Shown one piece after another: positions 1 through 12,739 of a DNA stretch of 64,000 nucleotides (within the stretch, counting starts at the first letter, position 1; every line of letters begins with the position of its first letter). The stretch covers positions 865,805 to 929,804 of the forward strand of contig NMRA01000040.1 of assembly GCA_002633005.1 (NCBI GenBank). The letters are read 5' to 3'. Both the position numbers and the translations under genes were made by a program. The notes below the pieces were generated by a model. That model worked only from the letters and a program-made list of their open reading frames with translations. It was not told the DNA's origin and made no database searches. Source of the stretch: Phoronis australis. Taxonomy: Eukaryota; Animalia; Phoronida.

Positions 1-869
1 CTTGCCGAGAACGGTTTTTGAGCATCGGCAATGCAAGCCGAATATTTCATATTGAGAAAGTACATCTTTGAAAAGAAGAACCAACACTTGTTGGGAACGG
101 TCTTTGTACGTCGACGACGCACATTTCTTATTGGGAAAGCCAGATTTTCAAAAATTAATCGCTCAGACCATTTGAGACTCATTTACCTGCAATTATACTG
201 TTATCAAATGACCGAGCCAGCATTGTTGATACTACGACCGCTCATCGAAATAATGTACAACCACGAAATTCGGACACTAGCGGAAACCCAAATTTGAAGG
301 TCCGCCAAATTCGGACACCACAAAATGATATTTCGCGAGATTCGTCCAAGAATGAATTTTTTCTATTGGAATTAATTTTCAGTGTCCGAAAATCACGCGA
401 CTTTACCGTACTATATTTGTCAACAGACCTTTCCACAAGACACTTCTTTTAACTAAAAATTTGCAAGTGACATACATGTCAGTCTGCGTTGGACTAGCCA
501 GCCAGCCAGTTAGCTAGCTCTATGAGAACTATCGTCGGAATTTGTTTACAAATCGTTCATTACGCAAGACTGGACAGTCAAGAAATAAACAAAACTTTCC
601 CAGTGCACTGCAAAGTTTTCTGTTTTAAAACACACAATATGGAATAAAAATAGTCACTATGCCCGTTTTACAGAAATTCTCTTTCAAGTCGAAAAATCGA
701 ACACAATAAAGTACTATCTCATCACTGCGCTACGATTTATGGGTGCTTCGGTTTACCTGTGCTCATGGTCTTCGTTAATAGTACTTCTTCATCCTGTGAT
801 AAACCGGTATTAAGGAACGATGTTTGAAATGTGCCCACAAATACACTGCAAACAATGTGCTTTTAGGGG

Positions 870-2835
870 TGTTTATTTGTATCATAAAAATAGCAACTAG
901 GTGGTGCAAAATACTCAAAATCTATCAAAAACCGGGAAAGTGTAACCGTTTTTAACAGAAAGCTGTTTACCACATTTCATGAAAATCTGTCAAGGAACTT
1001 TAGCAGCTATGGTGATGACCAGCTACTGACCATATTCTATGTATCTCTCACTTCACTCTATGGATGTTACCTGAGCTGTATGTTGGCACTTGTTGTCCTA
1101 AATTGTTGTAAATATGATCCTGATGATGTCTAATGAAAAGACGAAACGTTGAATTGAACATGGACTTTTTTATTAATTTTGTACGACGATCGTCCGGTTT
1201 TTGATTTTAGAGATAGAGGAAAAAGAAAAAAATGAAATTGCCACTAGGGGCAGAGCGCTCGTCGGATCCGTCTGAACGTTGTGGTCTTCCGTTGTTAACT
1301 TCATATCAATACACTTTAATAAATATCCTGCAGAAGGCTCAGAAAATACAGCTAAGGGCACAAAAAAGACAAAACTGTCACTAAGATAAGAGGCGCCACT
1401 GACAGTAATTGAAGTCGGAAAATCATCAACTGTCCTCTTCACGCCAGGAACTTTTATAAGCCAATTTTTACAATCTAAAGAGTGACAGAGGGCAGATGCC
1501 AAAAGCAGACTAGAAAACAGTAAAAACTGGCCACCAGATGGCGCAAAATACGTCGAATCCGTCTGCAAATCAGAAAATGTTATCGTTTCTTTAAAAGCAA
1601 ACTATTTACCAAATTTCATGGAAATTCGTCGAGGAACTTCAGAGAAACAGAGAAAACGAAATAAAAAGAAAATTGCCACTAGGGGCACTGTGCTCATCGG
1701 ATCCTTCTGAAAGTCGTCGTCTTCTGTTGTTAACTTCATAAAAATACATGTGCTAAATTTAATGAAGATCCTACAGAGGGCTTAGGAGATACAGGCATGA
1801 GTGTAAAAAAAACTGCCACTAGGAGGCGCCACAGTAGTCGAAGTCATTGTCAATTGTCTTCTTCATAGTAAGAACATACATGCCAATTTTCACGATTATC
1901 CTTAAGAGTGGTTTGATTGACAGATGGATGGCTGCCAAAAAAGAGACTCAAAAACAACAAAATTGACCACTATGTGGCACAAAATACCTTGAATAAATCC
2001 AAAAATAAATAGCTAGCTTTACCTCACTAATAGATGCCTAACTGCCGCATTTTATGGAAATCTGATGAGGGCGTTTGAAGATACAGAGGTAAACGTAAAA
2101 AAACTGAAATTGCGACTAGGGGGCTCACCGGTAGTGCGATCTGTTCCGAAGTCGTCATCGTCAACAAATACATCTGGTAAATTTAATAAAGATCCTGTAG
2201 AGCGTTTAGGGGATACAGCCATGGGTGCAAAAACACACAAATCTGCCACTAGGAGGTGGCACAGAAGTTGAAGTCGGAAAATCATCGTCAACCTTCTTCT
2301 TCTTCATAGTTAGAACATACATGCCAATTTTCACAATCATCCTTAGACTGTATGTAAATGTCATCTTTTTCAGTGAGGTGTGGAATATGTTGCAAGTAGT
2401 TTATCCCGTTCAATCCGCCATCTTTTTGATCACATCACGTGACCTAATGTATATAAGTCCAAAAAGACTGGATTGGTTGATAGAAAATAGTAAAAATGGT
2501 CACTAGATGGTACAAAATCCCTCGAATCCATCCGAAAACAGGTGGAGAGCATCATCTAATTAATAGATGCCTATGTGCCAAATTTCATGAAAATCAGTTT
2601 TGGACCTTTGAAGATACAGAGACAAACGTAAAAAACTAATTGCCACTAGGGGACACAGCGGTATTCGGGTTGGTCTGAAACTCGTTGGCCTATGTCGTCA
2701 TCCCCAGAGGAACACACCAGCCAAGTTTCAATAAGATCCTGCAAGGGGTTTAAGAGATACAGCCACGGACGCCAGAGGCCCAGACAAAGATGACGGCAAT
2801 ATGCACCCACATATAAATATGTGGGGTATAAAAAT
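870..2835 (-). mobile_element. Non-autonomous Helentron-associated (HINE/DINE-1-like) element with ~435-bp internal tandem repeats
   Basis: Recurring blocks (CCACTAGGGGC at 1241 and 1676, variants at 2113 and 2643; A(A/C)ATTTCATG) with ~435-bp spacing. Terminus CCCACATATAAATATGTGGGGTATAAAA (2807-2834) is a hairpin matching the reverse complement of the terminus at 47641. Left boundary approximate. Confidence 0.7.
1004..1210 (+). mobile_element. Penelope-like pseudo-LTR fragment with hammerhead-like core, nested in a repeat unit
   Basis: Interrupts the unit GGAACTTTAG|AGATAGAG (compare intact GGAACTTCAGAGAAACAG near 1633), with TTTAG on both sides. Contains CTGATGA(1120-1126)-T-GTCT..AGAC-GAAACGTT(1143-1150). 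Confidence 0.55.
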
Positions 2836-4026
2836 CTGTTTTTAATGACGCGAGGCCAAAGACACTGAGTCTGAGTGCCACTCGAGCAAGATTTATTTAC
2901 AACGTCCCTCACCCTGTGTGACATTTCTCTTCAAGCCGATCCTAATAGTTGAATCTGTTGCCTGTTTTGGTGTGTTAGTGTTACCCTGTTAGTGCCTAAC
3001 GTAGCGAAACAAAGTTGGCACAGAACAATAAAGTTAATCCCTGTGAGGACTGTGTGATTTTTTTACACATGTGTTTAAAATCACCGCCTTCCAATTAAAA
3101 ATTCTCGATACAGTCTTGCAACTTTTCTTTGTTAGCTAATATTGGCTTCTGACACCCGTTTCCGTAACACTTTGTTCTTTGTTAGGAAATTCGGTTTCTA
3201 TCAGCCATTTCTGTAACGTTTTATTGTCGGTAAGTGGCAGTCTCATCTTTGGGCCTTCTTTTAAAATGGCTTCCAATACTCTTAGTTTATTTTACATTTT
3301 TTGTTTTGCAGATTTCCATTCAGCGTTATACAGTACCATTCGCCTCTCCAGACCTCAGGTTAATAGTACATTCAGAAATATTGTTATATTTCTCCTGATT
3401 TTGGGCATGGTGATGTTCATATAACAAAAATGAAAATCCAAGATGATCGATTGTCAATGTACCAGAGTAATATTGGACGATAAAGTTAATGACTTCTCTA
3501 TTATTTTGCAAAAAATGAACCTAACTTTAATTTGTGAATTGAGCAACACTTACGCAATGTTTTTGATGATTGCACCTAAATAAATAGCTTCATCTCACAA
3601 AAAATCGAGCGGCGCAGGCTTATTATTGATGGTAATAGAAATCGAACAAAGCCATTCGATGACAACCTTATTATTGTGTTAATTGATTTTTGTTTTACAG
3701 GTTTCCATTCACCTATCACAGTCACTACTCCAGACCACAAGTCAAGTTTACTTCGTAGTCGCAACTTCAGACCACAAGTCAATTCTACAGTCTACTGTCA
3801 GTTAACTTGTTAAAAAGAAACACCACCAGCATTGCAGTTTTAGTGGATAACAGTCTTTTTTCAGATAAAATCATTCTTATATGTATTTAACAAGACCTTA
3901 CTCATCATTTCTTACTTTGTTTCAAGCCTAACTTCAATGGAATTTTGTTATTTTAGATGTATTGGGCTAACCAGATAGTCCTAGCAAAGCCTTACCAAAA
4001 TAAAAAATGCGAGTTTAATCACTCCA

Positions 4027-6872
4027 ATGTACATGTACCTCACAATTTCATTGTTTATGGGCTATTCCATTTGTGATGGACGTATAATCAGAGAACATTT
4101 TGATCAATTGTGAAAAGAATGTTCACCCTAGGAAAATAATTATCAATTGATAGGTCTCACTGATAGCTTTCAAAGCATATATCAACTTTTCCCCTATCTT
4201 TTAATCTGACTGAGAAAATTGTCTTTAAAGGGGTGTGACGGACACACGCAGAGAATTTGAATTTTTTTTAAAATTTTTAACATTAATTTTCTGTGAGTTG
4301 CATTAAGTTACAATTTTATGTTTTACATGATTTCGTGGAATGTTTGCAAAGTGACAACACACTAATTTTTTTGATGATGTCTGCTAAGAAATGTTTGTCA
4401 GAGAGCTCAACATAAGTTGAGTTACTGTGACCGACATGCGTGATGGACGTACGCTCTGAATTTTTAGTATTATATTGTTTGTTGTGACTAAGAAGCTATA
4501 TTGGTCTTTTGCTACTAATTCAATGTTTTTTAATTAAAATGTACCGATTGACCTTTTGCACGAAATCGTCACAGGTAGGGCTATACTAGGCATGTACTCT
4601 AAGATTTCAACTTTTCAATACATTTGATAAAAGATATAAAACAATCACTTAAAATCTTCACTTCCTTTTGAAGAGGGTAAGCATTATCGGTTGAATTGAG
4701 AGTGATAATCATTTTGTAATTAACAGCTGTTAAGTTATCAGTAAAATCTGTTTTTACGCGTTAAATAGAACATTAATTCAAAACTAATAAGTAAATATGA
4801 CAGTCAAAATATAAAATGTGACATAAAGTTTGAAACATTACTAATCACTGTAATAAAAATGCATTTTAATTAATTGTTTTTTAAATTACAACTTGTCCTT
4901 AGAGCTTGTACAAAATTATTCTCTGGTCCATGCGGTCGATGGTTCTGATGCATGCCCATGTAAGTAATAACTGTGATGTTTTTAAAGTTATTAGTAACAG
5001 GACTTCAGTGTCTTATTAAACCAAGTGTGAAGCATATGGTTTAGTTGACATCATCGACTTTTGGCATTCGTATTTTGATTCAAATCACCCGTGCTGCCTT
5101 CCAGTGTAAAAAACAAGACATTTTAAAGTAATTGCATTAGGATTATGATTTAGGAATATGTAGAGCTAACTTATCAGATGCTGGTTTCTATTTAGTGATT
5201 AAAATGATTAGGTTTTCATCCAGCTCTTTAACTCATGCCTTCTTTTCAAATTTAATAAGAGGCTTTAAATAATGCCACATCACAGAATGCACAAGTATTA
5301 TGAATATCTTGATCCAGGAAGTCATTTTTTGAGTTTCAGAGAATATCCCAGCACATATTTATTCTTCATCCAAGTTTAGAAAGTAAAAATATAGTCAAAA
5401 GTTATTTTTATTAGCTGAAAAATTTCATGGGTGTGACGGACGTATGTGACGGACGTACAAATTTTCTGTACCTCTGTCACACAATTTCTGACTAAACGAA
5501 TAATCCCTGGGATCCAAAATTTCAGTCAATAGTATTGAGTAACAAGTTAAAACAGAATCTGAAATTATTTTAATTTTGATTAAAAACTTTTGACGTAACC
5601 AAACTTTTTAACACTTTTTTGTGATGGACATACAGCACCATGATATTCAGGAGTTGACCTTTGATCCCAAGAGGTCATTGAAGTTGAAGTGTTATTTTTT
5701 ATAAAGTTTGGGGTTCATGTGATTGCACAAAATTGATAGTATAGTGAAAACCCCATAATTAGCTTTTTTATGACAATAATTGGCAACACACGTGAAAATC
5801 GAGGTGATTTTTTAGGGTCAAGTGACCCCCAAAAATGGGTCCATTTAAGCAAAAAATTGAAAGTTATAGGACAGTCAAATATGCGTCCTGAAACTAGAGA
5901 GAAATGGCTTTTAGATGAGACCAAAAATGTTGGTGTTGCCACAATTTTAATTTTTTGTGTGGAGGTTGACCTTTTCACGGAATTGAACTTATATTGCTGA
6001 GAATTCTTTACACGTCTTGACCCAGTCATCCTTAGTATGTGCATTTATGATGAGACTTTTGTAAATACACTGAGACTATTTTGTATACAAATGCTTCTTA
6101 AGACAGATTTTGTAAAAAAAATTATTTGTATAAGCTTTCTCATTGTGATACTGTTGCATAGGTGTGTCACACTGTAACGGCGTTTAGTAAGTAAATTTCA
6201 GATTCAATTGGTTTTTCGTTAAGTCAATCCCGAGTGCTGCATTTGTATACAATGGTGCGTACATGTATTATTGTACCTCACAATTTCATAAGTTTATTGC
6301 CATTACGATGTTGCTCCCAACTTGTTTGATTCTATAGCCCACCAATATCTTACACCACTGATTAACTCCATCCTGGCATTTATGGTTGGAGGGCTAGCTC
6401 TCTTTTGTTCGATAATTGCTCTAATCTCTCATAAGATCGTATCTACCCTGACTGGGATGTGATGTTGAAAATGAAAGTTAAAATATAACATATTTGAACA
6501 TAAACCAATAGCATTTCTGAAATCTTCGTCAAATGGTGATCACGTTTAGTTTTTGAATCGCCAAAATCACCCATCTGCAACCAAAGTTACGACAATCTAT
6601 TCTTTCCGAATACACCAATTCACTCTGAATTTGACTGTTCACACATGGTCTGTAATAAGCCTGGTAGAAAATTGGCCTGCTTGTTGTTATAACAGACAAA
6701 AGAGTGTGCTTGGCAGTAAACAAAGAAGCTAGATGTTATCACACCCTCATAACCCCCTATGTCTGGTAAAGCCACTGAACGGGAAAACGCTGTCATGCTG
6801 AGAATTTTACACGTCTTCACCCAGTCATTCTCAGCATGTATATCTATGATGAGACTTTTGTAAATACACTGA
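4027..6872. repeat. Unclassified repeat-rich segment, probably a decayed DNA transposon
   Basis: GTGAYGGAC motif six times on + (4073, 4235, 4440, 5433, 5446, 5621). Direct repeats 4027-4051/6260-6289 and 5996-6072/6797-6872. Confidence 0.4.
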
Positions 6873-7215
6873 AAATATTTTGTGTACAGTACAATATTTT
6901 AAATACTTCCTTAGTTTTCACTTTAAGAATATCTGATTACCGTACCTGATGCCATTAATAATGCGCTTACACGAAAGTCACGCATTTCTAAAGATATGCG
7001 TGACTTTTCACCGCTCGTCCTTCTGAGCGGCTGTTACTATAATCAAAGAGAGTGCGGCGCCGGAGTCGGACTCAGTTGCGGTGACCGCATTGTCCGGTGC
7101 GAGCAAGACCCAATTAAGGGTAATTACCCGACCAGGTGTCGCTAGTGAGCGGCTTTTTCGTAAGATCACAAATTTCGTCCAATGAAAATATACGGAGTTG
7201 GAGGTCCATGTACTA

Positions 7216-8124
7216 CAAGCGCGCACCCAGCCTTTAATATGGGGGTGCTCGAATTTCTGTCGATGTGGACCTTCTGCTGACAAAATATCGGCAAGACTGA
7301 AAAAAATATGGTACTACCTTCAAAACTGTAAACTGCGCACCTGCGTCTTTTTAGTGGACTTTTGCCTCGTTTTCTCGGGAGTTTTTGTTTCTCTGAGGCG
7401 GACGTGTTTGCCCATTTTGCCAAATGGGGGGCTCCTTCTGTTAATAGTTCGGGACAACAGATAAATCTGTGCAAGTATGGTGTCATCACTCCCATAATGT
7501 TAACTGAGTTTTTTCATCCATATCCACGGATGATTAACATCCTCCTCTGCCACTTGGGGAGTAATGGTGAAATGAACAACATTTAGAATGTCATTTGATC
7601 AAGCTGATCGAAATGAAGCCAATTCCAGTGACCGTTTTGCCGGAATGAAATGTTCTGGATCGTCCAGTGGTTTTTCTGGGTCTCTGAAACCCTGAATAAG
7701 ACAATAATCATTAAATCTAGACAGCCATAATACAAAGTCTTCAAGTTTGTTCGATTCTAAAACTGGGAGTTTTATAGACGGCATCTTGACAGCTGATCAG
7801 CTCACACAAATCGAATTCTCGAACGTTCTAAAAGTCCCATAGTGCGCACGTCAATACAACGTGTTTCTTGATTCCAAACAATTACACTCACAAAGTATTG
7901 TTGTGCCCGAAAAAATTCTCAATTATACCATTGTGTTCCTGAGCATCCAATGTTCACGCTAAGCACTCCTGACACCATGTTAATAGTTTGGGACAACAGA
8001 TAAATCACAGAATTGAGACGAATAAAGAATCACACAACTGAACAGAAGTACTTTATTCTCTCACCGATAGGTGTCACTCTATAACACTTCGAGCCTCCTG
8101 AGCCCCCCCCCGGGTGCACGCATG
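7216..8124. mobile_element. GC-rich-ended MITE interrupted by an LTR remnant
   Basis: Imperfect TIRs CAAGCGCGCACCC / GGGTGCACGCATG. CATGTACTACA is duplicated across both ends (7207-7217, 8121-8131). Confidence 0.5.
7439..8086 (-). mobile_element. Internally deleted Ty3/Gypsy-type LTR retrotransposon (5' LTR, PBS, gag start, last 29 bp of 3' LTR)
   Basis: LTR 7978-8086 reads TGTTATAG..CTATTAACA on -, with AATAAA. PBS TGGTGTCAGGAGTG (7964-7977, tRNA-Leu-like). Gag-like ORF 7784-7599 (LWLSRFNDY). LTR end repeated at 7439-7467. 4-bp TSD CTTC at 7435-7438 and 8087-8090. Confidence 0.8.
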
Positions 8125-8199
8125 TACTACAGTCTATGGTCGCATTATATATGATTGAATTCGACTGTGATTCCTCGTCATAATATCACAGCAGGTTCA

Positions 8200-8626
8200 G
8201 GGAGAGTGTGGCTTAGAGGTTTGATCTCCGAACTCCCGTTTGGGAGACCCGGGTTCAAACGCATCCTGGCTACACTGTCTAGATTGAGTGTCACTGTCAG
8301 ACAATTGAGCATTACACAAAAGTGTCTCCTACTTCTCTGAGCTCAGTCTTACTAGTGAGTGAATGAATGAGTTGTAGATGTGCTTCTGGTGAATCATATG
8401 AGCCTCTGCTACTCGCTAACGGGCAATTGCCTATTAACTGAATGCCGGGTTAGCACGCTCGCTGGTTTTAGGGGGATCGCTGGCTCGATTTCCGGGTAGG
8501 TTAATCTCGGCTATTATTACTGCAAATGTATGGAGGGGATGAATGCTAACCACTTCAGAATACTCCACTTTTGAGTGTGAAGTGTAACTGTAAAGACTGT
8601 AAAGTGTAAACTAAGACTGTAAAGTC
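8200..8626 (+). mobile_element. tRNA-derived SINE
   Basis: Box A TGGCTTAGAGG (8209-8219) and box B-like GGTTCAAAC (8252-8260) at tRNA spacing, followed by a unique body and a 3' tail of repeated CTGTAAAG. Confidence 0.65.
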
Positions 8627-8737
8627 TACCAGTTTCATCCACTAAATAACGAGGGCCGTTATTTAGTGATAGCCTGGTTCTCTAAATATATCCGACTAGT
8701 GCCAATTCTAGAACCTGGATGCCGCAGGCGATGTAAT

Positions 8738-10303
8738 CATAGACTATGTAGGCTAGTTGTCTACTCACAATAGGGCTTACGTCCATTCATTCAGGACGGC
8801 GCTGTATCTCGCTGGTTCCCTGCTTAGCACGGCTAGCGCCCCACCTAGCGGCACGCAGGGAACCAGCGACGGCGCTAATGTGCTGTGCGTCAACTTAATC
8901 TCAAGATCACGTATGCGTGAACTTGGAATTGAATATTCTTCAAGGCAAAAAGGTGAAATTTTTGTTGGGTGAAAAGTATTTGTTTATTTATTGGCCTCGC
9001 AATCAACCATTTTCTCCTTTACCGTAACTTGTGTCGGTGTATCGGAGGAAAATGTGAATGTCTAAATCGATAATTGTTTGGTGAAACTGGGCCCGGTCTC
9101 TAATCTTTGTACTCGAAATGAACTCGAAACTATTTTTGGCAATTTCTCTGCTCATTTTGTGCTACCTTAAGATAATTGGATATCAGACTGTGCTCGAATA
9201 CATTATAGTTTATGCATAGGAGTTTCTAGTTCAAATTTGCCCTTGAAGACCCTTATATTCGTACATGGTGTTCACAAACAGGTAGCCTAGACAGCAGTGT
9301 TTTCCACATGTGGGATCCTTACAAACTACCATCTTCAAAAGAGATACCATTCTTGTGATACTACGGGAAACAGTAACATTATTTTATAACTAACCATCAG
9401 AATTAATTGTCCTAAATTTGTGTAATTGTCAAATAGTGGTCTTCATGTTCTTCAAAATTTTCCACCCATTTCGATGGCGGCAATCCTACTGTATTTTTCA
9501 AATTTTTGGTTGTTTGGGTCGAATGGCTGTGCTGTGCACGAATGTTTTGTGTTTTTTGATGAATTTGGAATCTCAACGTCCTTCGTGAATGCTTGGCGGT
9601 GTTGGATTCACATGTATAGAGGGACAAAGGGACATTTCCCCCACTAAAACTAGCTGCTCGTAACAAAACCTTCGAGAACGTTAGCTATGCAATGGTATAA
9701 TTCGCAAATTGTGATCTCCAAGTTTTTCAAACTTCCATCCTGTTGATTACGGAAAATGCTATTATTTTTTACCTCAGTAAAAGAAGCAAATGATTCCGTC
9801 ATTGGAGCCCCCTCCGCAAGAGGCTCTCGCGAAGAAAGGATACCAATATAAACAGGAAATGTGTGGCCTTGGATGTCATTGTGGAAAAGATATAAAATTT
9901 CAAAACAAAAATGAGCAGCAATTGTTACCATCATAAAGGCCAGGTTCCCAATTTATATCGAGTGATGAACAATTTCCAAAAATAACGAAAAAAGAGACGA
10001 AAGTAGTTTCTTCTGGAACTTAAAAGTATGAATCAATTTACACTTGAAAATCAAGTTTTCTCGTACTTTTTCGAAGAATGTGGTACTAACAGATGATCTA
10101 TACTGCAAAAACTGAACCCCGACTAAAAAATTCCTTCCATTACACCCAAATGCTATAAATCCAGGACTGGTAATTGACAAGTGTTCACTATATATTTCGC
10201 TGTGTCCTTCTTTAGTGTCTCGGCTACCCTTTGCTCCCCGCCTATGCGTCGCGGTTTTAACCCTCGCCTGTTGCTAGCCCTGCAAACTTACAGTAGGTCT
10301 ATG
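8738..10303. mobile_element. Possible DNA transposon remnant with CATAGAC termini
   Basis: CATAGAC at 8738 and GTCTATG at 10297-10303. No convincing TSD and no recognisable transposase. Confidence 0.35.
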
Positions 10304-10744
10304 TGTGAACGTTTCCCACTAATTCCTACGGCCACTGTACCAGCTGCTGCCCCTTAATAAAGGTGGTATAAATTAAAACATTTGGAGAGAGTGAGAAGCG
10401 ATTCCATCATGGCTTGGGGAGGGGGGGGAGGGACTTAACAAGAAAGGATGTATAATTTTACAAAATAGGCAAATTAGTCCATCACTGAGGGTTCCAATCA
10501 GAGACAAAGCTGCCTTGGACGGAAACATGTGATTTCATGATGAAATGGAAAAATGCCTCTTACGGAAAAGGAACTGAAAGAAGCGACACTTGGTTTCACC
10601 ATGCCTTGTAGTGCCGGATATCATCGAGGTATCTACCGTAAAAGAACGGAACATAATTATACGCCTTACAGCTTGTTTGCATTTATCAGAGATTGACTTG
10701 TTTCAATTATTCCATCCTAACGAGGTGGTTCCATGAATAAGGTA

Positions 10745-11048
10745 CAGTGGCGGATCTAGGATACCATAAGCCTGGGGGCCCAAGATGTTGCCTCGGAGAA
10801 TTGGGCAAAGCGCGATTGTATTCACAGGCGGCCCAAAAGTTGCGGGGGCTGGCGATGTAGACCTGGTGTTGCCAAATTCTATCGGAGGACTAAAAAAAAG
10901 GGAACACGATTCCGCTGCGCCCTGCCCCCTCCGCTGCCATTCCAAATCATTGGTGCACTCGTTTCTTCACGCTGTTGCTGCTGTTTATTTTTCCTTGCAC
11001 CAGCCAAGGGGGGGGGGGGNCCCCCCCCCCCCCCTAAATCCGCCTATG
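10745..11048. mobile_element. MITE with CAGTGGCGGATCTAG-type TIRs (hAT-like)
   Basis: CAGTGGCGGATCTAG ... CTAAATCCGCCTATG. The exact reverse complement of the left TIR also occurs at 27026-27040. Contains an N at 11020. Confidence 0.55.
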
Positions 11049-12739
11049 TTGTAGGCACCAAAATTGTACTTGTACTGATGGAAACTAGTACGAACATTGA
11101 TCGTTCAAATGATTTATAAAGCGACCAAATGAGGGGAGAAAGAGTCAGGCGATATGTATGACATGACCACTGTAGGAGATGGTAACGTTTGCGTTACATT
11201 ACAGTCATGTGACAAGTCTGGCCCGTTTTGCCTATATCGATTTCTTGGCTGAAACTGGGATATACTTTATTCCAATAACTTATTTGGAAAACCGAGAAAG
11301 TATACTCTAAGGAAAAGAAAGGTTCCCAACTGGAAATGCAGGCTGGAATGATGTCCATTGCTGCGGGAATATCATGTCCAGTTATGTCCTATTGAGAATC
11401 AAGTTTCTTTAAAAAACTAATAGATGCTAAATGTTAGACTTCATTTTTCACTGTGACGTCAAGTTCACAAAGTCGATATATTACTATCAATATTAACGTA
11501 GAAAATATATCTGAAACTAAATAAGGCGATCCAGATCCTCCCAAGGATACTATTGTTTCGTGAAATGAAGAATATAAATNCCTCATGGATTGAACATAAA
11601 AACTTAAAATATGTCATTGAATTTTTTACGCAAAAAGGTATCATTTTCATTACACCATATCTTATATGTCAATTGTCATTTCGTGTTTGATTTTACTTTA
11701 TTTCTGTTTTTGTTGATAAAGGAAGTTGTTACCTCCGAAAATTTCAAATTTCAGTTGATCCATTCTTGTTGTTTTATTTACCGATTTATATTATCAATAT
11801 TATTTACGTAAAAATTGACAGCTTTAGTTGGATTCTCTGAAAGTTGTTACAGAAATTAAATTCCCTCTAAAAAATCTCAGTGCACACCTCAATACTGATT
11901 TTCTCCATGCAATGATGAAGAACTAGTGAAGAGTGCCGCCGCAAAAATATGAACTGGGACCCCTTTCAAATGATCTGTTAAATGCCACGGACACCAAGCC
12001 AAAGCGTTAATCCGACGCTTGTTCGCTTGCGATACAAGATTCGATGTCAACATACATGGGTAAACGAGATTTCCCGATGCAAATCATTGAAAAGACAAAC
12101 TGCCATTTGAAAAATCTGTCACCAAGCACGAGTTGATTATATGGCAATGCATACATGCAAGGTGTTGCGAGCCCCGATATGCAAATTAGTGATTATTAGC
12201 TTTTTTATTTTAGAGTGTTCATTTCAAAGTTCACCGTTGAAGGAATTTAATTTTAATCTATGACATTAATATGGAACTTCCCAATATATTCAGTTTTTAT
12301 TCAGTTGCCTTTTATTATAAATCGCTGCAGTTTTGACGCAACACATAACACCAGTAGATCCATGGCCAAAAGTTTGTCAAGAACGTTATTAAATTGGTCA
12401 CCGGTGCTTTTAAATAAAGTGCGTGAAAAGTGTAGGCATACTGCAATGCAATGAGTAATTTTCGTAGTGACCAACTCAAGCATCTAGCAACAGATGACGT
12501 AGAGCACAGAAGATTTACCGTTTGTTACTCAAATTTACTAAGTTAGTTAATTGGGCTTTATAATTAGAATGCATGACCTTTATTGTTTCTTCATGGTCAT
12601 AATAGATTTATGGCTAATGCATCTGTTCTCCGAACGACGTTAATAAAGATTCTTGATTCTTGATTCTTTATGAAGTATTTCCGTACCAAAAACTCTTCAT
12701 TTCATACGAAGACTACATTGCACTATACCGTTACACCCA

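Noticed and set aside
7978-8190. Longer 213-bp LTR ending at ATATCACA (8190)
   Set aside because: No TSD at that boundary; the 8086 boundary gives both the inverted terminus and the CTTC TSD.
9412-10180. Short ORFs as P-element or hAT transposase remnants
   Set aside because: Only an FDE tripeptide is suggestive, with no sustained similarity.
11009-11034. G-run/C-run palindrome as a special structure
   Set aside because: It straddles an N, so run lengths and the join are unreliable; G/C runs are common in these MITE ends.
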